Shown: piece by piece, positions 1 through 10,425 of the stretch
How the letters are laid out: each line of letters starts with the position of its first letter
Numbering within the stretch: the first letter of the stretch is position 1
NCBI GenBank assembly: GCA_051294905.1
Contig: CM119379.1
Span: forward strand, 18,910,001-18,974,000
Direction of reading: 5' to 3'
Origin: Botryllus schlosseri
Taxonomy: Eukaryota
Length of the DNA: 64,000 nt
Notes under the pieces: model-generated
Told to the model about the DNA's origin: nothing
Seen by the model: the letters and a program-made list of their open reading frames with translations, nothing else
Databases searched by the model: none
Made by a program: the position numbers and the translations under genes

Positions 1-2086
1 GCGTATAGATTAGATACAATGCGTTGTATACATTGTTCGCGGTAAACGGAATATGTGTCCGCCATATGTGCCGTAGTACAAAAGTAAAATAAGAGTACGG
101 AGATGCTAAAAATCAAGATAATCAAATGTGAAATGCAGTGGACAATGGACATTGGAAACCTTAGCAGGCATATCGGTTTTAATTGACCGCAGTAGATTGT
201 TATGGCAGCATGCACACTACAGTGCAATCAAACATGCATGCGTGAGAAAGCATTCTCGATCTGCTGCAAATGTCTCATGCCTCGGTGTAGATATCATAAA
301 CCAATCAAAGCAAACCAATCACCATACGGGGTCTGAAATTGCAACAGTTTGTCACAGCGGCATTCGCGCTATAAACTTCTTATCCTATTTGGTCTCCATG
401 AGAAATCTGCACATATTGATTTAGCGTCTTCTTGTAATCTATGCATGAATGCGATTATGACGAATTTCAAATAAGGCCTTCTTTGATGTGAAGATTAGAA
501 TAATTGCAATCGGCTTCCAATTTAAACCTTCCATTGTGGGAAACAAAGACTTGAAAGTGGGTTGGATGCAGTTGATAGAAAAGTTAATACACTGATTATT
601 ACTATATTCAGTCGCGTAGCCGTGTTGCAATATTTGGTGGAGTATCTTGACAATGGGTATTCACAATAACCACGGGCTGACCACATTGTCCGTTTGTCGT
701 TAATAAAGAAATAATTACCGAATACGTGTCATTGCGAGATTCTGTTTCGGCTCGTATCTACAAGGTATAGGCTACATGCATTCCTAGACATCCCAAAGTT
801 GTATGCAATGGAACCCATGTGTATTGAGCAAGCCTTGTCTTATCACCATGTCACCAAGTTGCTCGTAGAAATCTTATCATTTCGTAATAGTTATCATAAC
901 TAAATACTATAGTGACTTCATTCAGACTCACGTTGCTCTCCTATGCCCAATAGCCCATTGACGAAACTTCGTAATAATAGGACAAGCTATAACAGAGCTG
1001 ATAAATAATGTGACAGTAGTGACAAGTACATCCTTTTAGTGTATTCTTTTCGCCGCCCATACTTTTTACGTGATTGGAAATATAGCCTTCAAGATTTTCT
1101 TATACAACCTCGTGGGTTGTGCTATAAGTCGGAAGTTCAGGAATAATAAAATGGAATATCGGCCTTGTGTAAATGACCATAGTATTAGTCGAAACACCAT
1201 GAATACCCGAAACAACAACAATCTTTCACGTAAGATGGACTGTTCCATCGCAAATCACTACACAAGTTGCAAACTGTTGAAGATCCTTTAAATGTATATT
1301 TCAAAGTATTTCAACAGCGGAGCATTACACAACCTCCGAAATCAGTGACATACGTCTATTTACATTACAACCGCGATAGAAGTTAGTAATTCAATACGTT
1401 CGCGAATGACTACCTTACTATTCTTACGAACCAAACATAAACATTGACATATCCGAACATAAAAATGCGAGTCAGTTTGCATTTGCGCTCCGACCCGTAT
1501 AACAGGATTACATCCGGACCCGATAATCCGTGACCGCAACAATAAACATCCAAGGGTAATTTCAGCCGAAACTAATCGACAATTGTCTTGATTGATGGTT
1601 TCTTGCCCGTGAGGCCCGACCTACTAAGAATTATTGAAAAGCTTACATACAAATCAAATCTTTAATGTGATTAGGCACGGATGATCAGGAATGCTATGAT
1701 ATAGTAATTGGAATATCTTCAGCGGAGACAAATTCAATATGTGTACATATATTAATAATAATAATAATAATAATAAGAGGATTTGCTGATCAAGTAATCA
1801 TGTACTGTGGTCATTTATTTATGATAAATGATAGTATGTGTTTTATGAATGGGTATATCAGCGACTTGATAAAACGGTGTCGGTAGCAAAGTACATTACA
1901 GAAAGACAGCCAAATGCTTATTGATTGTACTTGGTCTTGTTTGTGGTATTCAAGGTGTTTGTCGACTGGAATGGCCATTTACACCCGGCCGATGTTCTTT
2001 ATTTTGATTACGTAGCTGTCGTAGCACGGCCCACGCGGTCGGACTCAACCCGCAACATATAGGTGTTGCAGCTATGGATAATACCA

Positions 2087-4420
2087 CTACGCCATCTCGC
2101 ATCGATTGTACTTGATGTGGGTATACTTTAAAATGATTGATATGACACTGCGAAGACTACTAAATGATACTTGCAAATACTTGCATAACCCTGTTTCTAA
2201 AAGTTTGGTATGGATTGCATTCTCAGCGGTAACTCGATGGGCTAATAGACTAGTCACATCGTTTAACGAGAGCAATTAACACAGTGACACACTTGCAAAG
2301 CAATGGCAGTGACCGTTTGTATCTCTGAAAGGGCGCGATTCATATTTGAATTCTGGAAAGAGCCCAGTTTTGAAGTCGGTGGCAATTGGTACCCTATCAC
2401 ATGCAATAAATATTTTGTTCCGAGCGGTGGAGTTATTGTCAACCATGTGGATCGGTTATCAATGGTCATCATCAACCGGCTATCAAACTTCGAGTCGCAT
2501 ATTGACTTTAAGTAGGGTTGCCATACGTCCGGAATTTCCCGGACATGTCCGGAATTTCACTGAAAAAGCTGCGTCCGGGAGGAAATTCTAAAATATGCCT
2601 AAATGTCCGTAATTTTGAAGGCTCGAAGTGGGCTCAAAATTTTTCGTGAATGAACATAAACAATATTCTCAAGCATATTTACGCTATTCGAACTTTACTT
2701 CGCGCAGGGCACGAGCTAATACAAGGTATTTTGATATTAGTATGGGCATTGGGCACCAGGCACCGCCCTCGCAAAAATGCAATCAAAAATAAATATTAAT
2801 AACTATCATTTACTGAAATAATTCTAATTGTAATCGCAATTACAAGCTAACGGTATATTCCTAGGTTAAGGCCGATTGGATGCTTCAGTCACAGCCGTTG
2901 GTTCCAAATCTTGGGGTCGTTTGCCTTTATCTGGGGATCGCGAAGGCTTCCAAAATAGGCCGTGAGTATAAGTTTGGGCAAGCTGAATTTTTTTAGTAGT
3001 CAGCTTTGAGCAGAGCCGCGGAACATTTCCAAGTTCGAAATGAGGTCGCAACCATAAAAGGTTGGAAATCACCGGATGTGCAGCCTGCTGGTCATTTTAT
3101 AGTAGCCTACTATTTGGAAGAATAAGTATTATTGACAGAATTCATTCATAAAATTTAACAACCAGATGCATATTGTAGGTAAGGGCCCGAGAAGTTACAT
3201 CGATTACCCTATGGTGGGCCAAAGATCAGTGCGTTTTTTGGACGGAAGGGGGCTGAAAAATGTTGTTTCGGACCTGGTTAAAACGCACAACCAGATAGCC
3301 GCACCGACCTGTCAAACACAATGCCGACAGGCCAGACACGGCTCTCCGGACGATTTCATCCGGCCCGTGAAGAAATCCATTGCAGACCCTAGCAAGTAGC
3401 AATCACCAGAGCTCACGTTACAGATGGCCAAATTCGTGACCTATGTTCCACTGCATTCCTGTATACAGTCGGTAGGCAATGCTTTACTAGTGTGACGACA
3501 TATTGACAATCACTGTGTTATAGCTCATTTTTAAATCCGCTAGTGCGCGCTAAAGAGTGTCCGGAATTCACCTCACAAAAATATGGTAACATTGGTAACC
3601 CTACTTTATAGTAGTGGCAAGACCCCCATCTCGATAGAAATTTGTAGCATTGATGGTGATAAGTGATAACCTATAAACTTCGATATTGAACTATACATAG
3701 CAAAGGCCAGAAGCTATATCGCGTATGAAAATATCCAGATTATTGCATAGATTTTTATGTGTTCTATACAACCTTTATGCACCTCAAGTAGAAGCTAACC
3801 ATTGATCTCTACTGAAGTGCAAGTAAAGTGGGCTGCAAAACATTTCATAAATCTCATAAGTTTTATAGGCAGAACCATCTACTTTTCACACTTTTGATTT
3901 AGTAAAATAGGAAGTAGGCCTAGTTTTAGGATATGCTTGCGTCACTTTTATGATTGACATTGTCAAAACTTGGCGAAAGAGTCCCTGTTTCACGATAACT
4001 GACTATATCTTTGAAAATTGCCCCTATTTGTTTGTGTCACTAGTCATTTTGCGTAGATGGCGAAGATCCGCCCCAGCAATTTAGTAACTGGGCAAGTCCG
4101 ATTAACAGCTGAAAGTATCCGATAAAATATTCCAACCTAGCCTACATTTTACAACGACTTACTTGAATAGTTTTCAGATCTACATTTTTGACTTCAACTT
4201 CAAGTAGTTTTGACAGGTCTTTTAATGTGATCCAGCAAAAACTACAACATTGGATTCTCCGTATCATTGCCGAGGCCCCAAGAGTGCCTGGATGCGCAAC
4301 TGATATATCGCTACTCGAAAAGATTTGGTGTTCTAAACATATAAGACTTGATGAAGCTAGAAATTGCCCAAGTTTATGTATCAGTTGCTTTGTGGGCACA
4401 GTCCCAGAAATTTCAACGAC
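2087..4420 (-). pseudogene. Probable disrupted protein-coding gene of unknown family (at least 2 exons; hAT insertion plus frameshift)
   Basis: Exon about 4163-4420 (...KDLSKLLEVEVKNVDLKTIQ) ends at a strong phase-0 donor CAA|gtaagt. A phase-0 acceptor ctttgctatgtatag|TTC lies at 3691/3690. Removing the 2513-3603 element and one TSD restores an open frame (FNIEVYRLSLITINATNFYRDGGLATTIK|SICDSKFDSRLMMTIDNR...) into ORF 2263..2475, which overlaps ORF 2087..2275 in another frame. No family recognised; the 5' boundary is approximate. Confidence 0.4.
2513..3603. mobile_element. Non-autonomous hAT-like element (TAGGGTTRCCA TIR family)
   Basis: Ends tagggttgccatacg / tggtaacccta. Flanks ctttaag / ctttatag fit an 8-bp TSD with a 1-nt indel. 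Same TIR family as 21560 and 25167. Confidence 0.75.
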
Positions 4421-4555
4421 TACTTCACCTCAGAATCAAAAGCACACAATTACAATACACGCGCGTCCTCAAACAATAACTGCCATATGATCGGGGCAGA
4501 ATAAAAGAAAACGCATCGCTGTATCAAGTATGGCGGACCTGTTACCGACTATCCG

Positions 4556-5090
4556 ACCGTCATCGCGCATGTCCGCATTCCAATCGAAATACAAGCAATT
4601 TCTACTAAATCGATTGATCAATACTAGTCAGCCCACGCGATTACCGGACCACTCACAATCTGACTTATCGACCTCGCCTACCGACACATTCAGTATTCAT
4701 TTTTGTCGCTTCCTTTTATGTTATCATTTCGTAAATATAGTGTGCATTAGGGTTATACGTCCTCTTTTTGACGTTTTTGAGAGTGTCCTTGGAGGACGCC
4801 CAAATGTCCTCGTTTTTGAAAATTTTGGTTAAATCAGGGCTAAAATTCAACTGAGATATATGAAATCAGTTGTGAAGTAACGTTGTGGCGGGTATTTCGG
4901 GAGCTGGCCCGGAAAGTCGACCTTTTCTTTCGTCACCCTACGGCCCCTACGCTTTCTACCTTACTGGTCAGGGTGGGTGTCTGATTAAAAGACTATGCTC
5001 CGAGTCGTTTGGGCACCGTCCATTGCATCGCAATTTTGTAGTGCATTGATTTGATGAAAATTTTGATAAAATGATGCTGAAATTGATACT
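4556..5090 (+). repeat. Interspersed SINE-like repeat, interrupted by a truncated TAGGGTT-family MITE (about 4748-4960)
   Basis: 4556-4730 and 4965-5090 align by eye with 29066-29390 (catgtcc.cattc.a.tcgaaatacaagcaatt...; gggtgggtgtc.gatt...; ATG-repeat tail in the 29 kb copy). Confidence 0.45.
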
Positions 5091-5530
5091 TCGGCTCGTA
5101 ATTGAGTATAAATTCACGGTGTCACTTCTATTTGAGTAACATCGATGACTACTTTAACACTATTCGAAAATTTGTTCACGAAAGTTATGATACCATTCTA
5201 TCAATCTCTGCGGATTGAGATCACACGTCTCCGACACTTAACCCTTTGCTGGCACTCATTTCTCAACTTGGTCCGCGGGCCCGATTGATCGCCTGCGGGT
5301 TGGACCAATCAAATGGTGCCAAAATCCACACCTTTTCTTTTTACTGGAATATTTTATTATAAATCCTATGCACAGACACATCACATATATCGCGGGGCGG
5401 ATGCGTCCCGCAAGGGTTGATTATAAAGTACTAGGAACAAAACGAGGGCACAAGTTTTGTCGCATGAAGTGTTCGATGAGCAACATAACTCTTACCCGAC
5501 TCCCAAAATGAATACAATATCCGTTCCAAG

Positions 5531-6362
5531 CAGTGTCGTGCGGTGAGGTTCATGGCTGGTGAGGCACGGACCCCCCCCCACACACACACACACAAACAAA
5601 CACACGCACGTAAAGTAGCTTACCTGATAAAGAGATCCAAAATGTGAATAACAACAGCAGCGGGCATAGAGAGCAGTTTCTTTGCACACTGATAGCCGTT
5701 GCAATTCCACATTATACAATACATGTAGGCCTATGCAAGTAGCTATCACATACCACAATTTAACGGAAAATAAATAACAGCTACATAAGTAAGGGAATGT
5801 ATTTGCTCCGCATTACGTATTGGCCATCGCTAATATATAATTCCTACAAGACAGTCAAGACTGTTGTATTCCGAAATCGATAGCGTGTTTCACTGCGCTT
5901 CGATTGTCCAATCGTTAGCGAATAGTGCATGAGGCAGATTCGTTTGTGCCTCACCTGGTCATTGTTTCTCTGCGATGGCATTGTCGGTAATAAAACCGAA
6001 TGTCACCCTCCTTGGCGATTTTGGGGGGTTCTGGTCCCCTGACACTTGATATTTGGATTTTCGGAATCAGTGTGACGATAACATTTGATTGATACCAGTT
6101 ATGAATTCCGAGCTATTTATGATGAATTGCATTGTCGCAGGTGAGGCACGACCTGCCTGTGCCGCTACTCTCCTTTCGACTGTATTTTCGAATAATAATT
6201 ATGCAAATTGATGATGTTGTGTGAAAAAATGTTCAAATTCAATTATTTATGAACATCGATGTAAAATATCAATAATCTCCGACTCATGGAGGGTTTTCAC
6301 AAATTTCACTTATTCGCCCTGACGACAGGTGAGGCAGTGCCTCATTGAACCGCACGTCACTG
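5531..6362. mobile_element. hAT-like MITE
   Basis: TIR cagtgtcgtgcggt / accgcacgtcactg; perfect 8-bp TSD gttccaag (5523-5530, 6363-6370). Confidence 0.88.
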
Positions 6363-6939
6363 GTTCCAAGTTCGCTACAGCATTTTCAACGATCTTAGAA
6401 AAAAATACCTGTGGTACACCACAGACCCACTATGAACTACGTAAGTCCAGTGCTCATCATAATCTCATCTACTAAACTTTCGCTAATCAACTAACCTAGG
6501 TCATATTCGTGATCATTGATTAACAACCATAAATCAGCCGTATTATCAGGCGCTTTAATCGGTACATACGATTCCCAGCGAGAACTGCACAGCAAATTTT
6601 TCAACTCTGTACAGTGTACAGATACTTTCATGATGCTAGCAGACCAGTGAGACCACACTCCTTGGGTTCAAATCGACGTGACGAGCCGGACTCGATTCCT
6701 GACAAGGCGTGTAAAATGAACGAATATTTGGCAGATTGCCAACAACAGATTTATTTATCAACATCTTTTAAGCGAAATTTATAACACAAAATAGACACAC
6801 AAATCTCTGTGAGTAGAGTCAAACACAACCTCACACTGCGCAGCTGTATCATCGAAGTGCCAGGAATCTGAAAAGAGCAAATTATTACTTTACATACAAC
6901 TGCATGTTACACAATAAATTAACTGTGTTAAACACCAGC

Positions 6940-7014
6940 TCAGTTTACAAATGAACGGGCCAGTTTGCATATCATACGCATTTGCGTCTTACTGGCGGAA
7001 TTAAGTCACATCAC
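6940..7014 (-). ncRNA. SNORD47: Box C/D snoRNA, SNORD47/U47-like copy 1
   Basis: GTGATGT ... ATTCCGCCAG ... GCCCGTTC ... CTGA; both elements are complementary to 28S GAACGGGCUUGGCGGAAU. Confidence 0.75.
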
Positions 7015-7214
7015 AGACCGAGAAAATGTGAAATCAAATATTTTTTACTATAAAAAACCCACCTGGTTTCACAAATCAGCAGGCCCTTGGAACAAGTCAA
7101 CAAATCCAATTCACATCTTAACACGAAACAGATTACTGGATCCAGACCTGAAACACGGATTTTACGTTAGTTCGAACTTTAGTTGTATGAAAAATATCAT
7201 AATGCTGTTTCTGC

Positions 7215-7287
7215 TCAGTTTATAGAAGAACGGGCCAGATTATATCACATGCATTTGCATCTTACTGGCGGAATTAAGTCACATCAT
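7215..7287 (-). ncRNA. SNORD47: SNORD47-like copy 2
   Basis: ATGATGT box C, same two antisense elements, CTGA box D 67 nt from the acceptor. Confidence 0.78.
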
Positions 7288-7491
7288 AGGCAGATAGGAT
7301 TCAAAATTGATCACTCCTAAGGTTGTTATTTATAATCAACCCCACCTGCATTGCCAATCAGACGTGTTCAACAGATCAAATGCAATTCGCTTCTTCGCCA
7401 AACAGAAGAGCTCTTTTCCTCCCGCCCTGAAACACGTCAAATTTTTATATTGAACTAGGCGGTAAACAAAAGAAATCACAATTACTCTTGC

Positions 7492-7566
7492 TCAGAATAT
7501 TTTAAGAACGGGCCAGTTTATATCACATGCATTAGCATCTTACTGGCGGAATTAAAGTCACATCAC
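7492..7566 (-). ncRNA. SNORD47: SNORD47-like copy 3
   Basis: GTGATGT, conserved guides, CTGA 65 nt from the acceptor. Confidence 0.78.
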
Positions 7567-7752
7567 AGGCAGATAGAATTCGAAATTGCTTATTCCCAAC
7601 CGCCATAAACAACCCACCTGGTATTACAAATCCGCAGGCCCTTGGAACAGGTCGACAAATCCACATTGCATCTTTGCAGACCTGAAACACGGATTTTTAC
7701 ATTAATTCAAACTTCAATTGGTACTCTAGAAATGTGAGATTGTTACACCAGC

Positions 7753-7825
7753 TCAGTATATAAAAGAACGGGCCAGTTTATATCACATGCATTAGCATCT
7801 TACTGGCGGAATTGAGTCACATCAT
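7753..7825 (-). ncRNA. SNORD47: SNORD47-like copy 4
   Basis: ATGATGT, conserved guides, CTGA 71 nt from the acceptor. Confidence 0.78.
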
Positions 7826-8017
7826 AGGCAGATAGAAGTTGAAACAAATTACATACAAGATTTTTATCAACACCCTACCTCTGTATCGTGAAAGAGACAT
7901 GCTGGATAGGTCGACAAACCCATATTGCATCGTTGCAGACCTGAAACACAGATTTTTACGTATTTTAAACTTCCTAGCGGTACTTCGAAAGTATCTGATT
8001 GTTACTCTTACTCTATC

Positions 8018-8090
8018 TCAGTTTATATGAGAACGGGCCAGTTTATATCACATGCATTAGCATCTTACTGGTGGAATTAAGTCACATCAT
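8018..8090 (-). ncRNA. SNORD47: SNORD47-like copy 5 (guide variant ATTCCACCAG)
   Basis: Boxes intact; G>A change in the centre of the guide (plus strand ctggtggaat). Confidence 0.7.
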
Positions 8091-8294
8091 AGGCAGATAG
8101 AATTTAAAATCGATCGCTCCTAAGGTTGTTATTTTTAATCAACCCCACCTGCATTGCCAATCTGGCGTGTTGAACAGATCAAATTCAATTCGCATCTTTG
8201 CCAAACAGAAGAGTTTTTTTCCTCCCGCCCTGAAACACGTCAAATTTTTATACCGAACTAGGCGGTAAACAAAAGAAATCACAACTACTCTAGC

Positions 8295-8367
8295 TCAGAA
8301 TATTTAAGAACGGGCCAGTTTATATCACATGCATTCGCATCTTACTGGCGGAATCAAGTCACATCAC
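8295..8367 (-). ncRNA. SNORD47: SNORD47-like copy 6
   Basis: GTGATGT, guide GATTCCGCCAG, CTGA 65 nt from the acceptor. Confidence 0.78.
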
Positions 8368-8551
8368 AGGCAGATAGTAGTCAAAACAAATCACCTAAGA
8401 TTTTTACAAACACCCTACCTCTGTATTGTGAACGAGACATGCTGAACAAGTCGACAAATCCACATTGCATCTTTGCAGACCTGAAAAACAGATTGCTACA
8501 CATTTCAAACTTCCCAGAGGTACTGCAAAAACAACTGATTGTTACTCTAGC

Positions 8552-8625
8552 TCAGTTTATATAAGAACGGGCCAGTTCATATCACATGCATTAGCATCTT
8601 ACTGGCGGAATTAAAATAACATCAT
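8552..8625 (-). ncRNA. SNORD47: SNORD47-like copy 7
   Basis: ATGATGT, conserved guides, CTGA 71 nt from the acceptor. Confidence 0.78.
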
Positions 8626-8804
8626 CGATGGATAGAATTTGAAGTCAGTAAAACCAACACAAAGCTAAAACATCTCACCAGTTTCACGAAGCAAATTTCT
8701 CCATTCAGATTGCGGGACCATTGACACATCTGAAACAGAGCAGACCATCAACCCAGTGGTCACACACAGCACTAAGCACTAAGTGCAAACGATGATGTCT
8801 TGGC

Positions 8805-8879
8805 TCAGTTTATATATGAACAGGTCCAGTTTATATCATATGCTTTTGCATCGTACTGGCGGAATTAAATTAACATCAT
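8805..8879 (-). ncRNA. SNORD47: SNORD47-like copy 8 (diverged second element GACCTGTTC)
   Basis: ATGATGT/CTGA and main guide intact; one change in the second element is G-U compatible. Confidence 0.74.
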
Positions 8880-9080
8880 AGGCAGATATAATAACAAATC
8901 GATCACTCTGAGCATATCTATTAACACCCCACCTGCACTGACAAGGGAACTTCAGATTGAGACAATCCACTCGCGTCTTTGCTCAACCAGATTATCAACT
9001 GCATCCAGACCTGAAACACATCAGATATTTTCATATTTATACCGTACTATGCGGTACAACAAATAAAATCATTATTACTC

Positions 9081-9651
9081 CCAAGCGGGTAGCCAGAGGG
9101 TTTTTTTGGGGATCGAAACCCGCCTTTTGAAGTGCGAAACCACTTTCTTTTGAAATGATCGTTCAAATGCTAATACCGGGTTGCAATTCTATAAGTTGTA
9201 TCATTAGTGTTGTGCGCGCTTAATTAGCGAGAGGCGTGTTGTCAATTGGCGAGATTGTCAGTGCACTGCACAATGTAACGCAGAACGATCTCCCGCCGAT
9301 CAGGTAGTTGATTGCCGCGGGCTCGGCGACTGCCGCCTGATTTATCACGTCTTCAACAAGCCTAGTTCCGCTGGCTTGAAGAATCGCATCTCTAATAGGC
9401 CCGGTGCGCACTATGCCATCGATGGCTTACACAATCGCGTCCTGCTTTGCGTGGTGCGCACGATATTATTGAGTATACTGATTTGTGAAAAATCACAATA
9501 TTTTTCTACTGCAAGCAGATAGGATCTTTAATCGATTTGCAACCGAAAATTCAACCATACAATGTAACAAATATCAACCTTTTTATTGGACAGTTTATGA
9601 AAATGACAGCTGCCCGAACCCAAAATACACTCAAATTCCCCCACCCCATCC
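9081..9651. mobile_element. Foreign insert of about 570 bp in the place of a SNORD47-like copy
   Basis: Intron 9011-9694 keeps the unit's flanks (attactc... and tagtcaaaacaaatcac...caccctac) but the snoRNA is replaced by unrelated sequence starting gggtagccagaggg. No TSD found. Confidence 0.45.
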
Positions 9652-9827
9652 TAGTCAAAACAAATCACTTGAAAGATGTTCACGAACACCCTACCTCTGT
9701 ATCGTGAACGAGACATGCTGAACAAGTCGACAAATCCACATTGCATCCTTGCAGACCTGAAACACAGATCTCTACACATTTCAAACTTTCTAGATGTGCT
9801 GCAAAAACAACTGATCGTTACTCTAGC

Positions 9828-9900
9828 TCAGTTCATATAAGAACGGGCCAGTTCATATCACATGCATTCGCATCTTACTGGCGGAATTAGGTCACATCAT
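9828..9900 (-). ncRNA. SNORD47: SNORD47-like copy 9
   Basis: ATGATGT, conserved guides, CTGA 71 nt from the acceptor. Confidence 0.78.
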
Positions 9901-10107
9901 AGGCAGATAGAATTCGAAATTGATCACTTCCAAGGTTGTTATTTATAATCAACCCCACCTGCATTGCCAATCAGACGTGTTGAACAGTTCATATTCAAAT
10001 CGCATCTTCGCCAAACAGAAAAAAAGCTCTTTTCCTCCAGCCCTGAAACGCTTCAAATTTTTATACCGAACTAGGCGGTAAACAAAAGAAATCACAATTA
10101 TTCCAGC

Positions 10108-10181
10108 TCAGAATATTCAAGAACGGGCCAGTTTATATCACATGCGTTTGCATCCTACTGGCGGAATTAAAGTCACATCAC
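10108..10181 (-). ncRNA. SNORD47: SNORD47-like copy 10
   Basis: GTGATGT, conserved guides, CTGA 65 nt from the acceptor. Confidence 0.78.
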
Positions 10182-10351
10182 AGGCAGATATCGTTCATTT
10201 TCAACTGATATAAAAAACCCACCTAGTATCACAAATCAGCAGGCCCCACGAATAGGTCAACAAATCAGCTAGATCCAGACCTGAAAAACGGATTTTTACA
10301 TTTTTAATAAATTGAAGAGGTACTACAAAAATATCCGGTTGTTATTCTAGC

Positions 10352-10425
10352 TCAGTTTATAGATGAACGGGCCAGCTCATATCACATGCAGTTGCATCGT
10401 ACTGGCGGAATTAATATAGCATCAC
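10352..10425 (-). ncRNA. SNORD47: SNORD47-like copy 11
   Basis: GTGATGC, conserved guides, CTGA 71 nt from the acceptor. Confidence 0.75.

Noticed and set aside
6965-9721. Protein-coding ORFs 6965..7225, 7839..8030, 9485..9721, or a coding spliced product of the array
   Set aside because: The ORFs run antisense through snoRNA and intron sequence; exon lengths are of mixed phase and the tested junction hits stops in all frames.
6940-10425. CRISPR array (repeat plus variable spacer)
   Set aside because: Eukaryotic context and no cas genes; repeats are about 75-90 nt with C/D boxes; spacers are about 200 nt, homologous to each other and carry splice sites.
6940-10425. H/ACA pseudouridylation pocket (two guides flank a UU in 28S)
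   Set aside because: The geometry fits, but C, D, C' and D' boxes are conserved, there is no H/ACA box, and no upper stem forms between the two elements.
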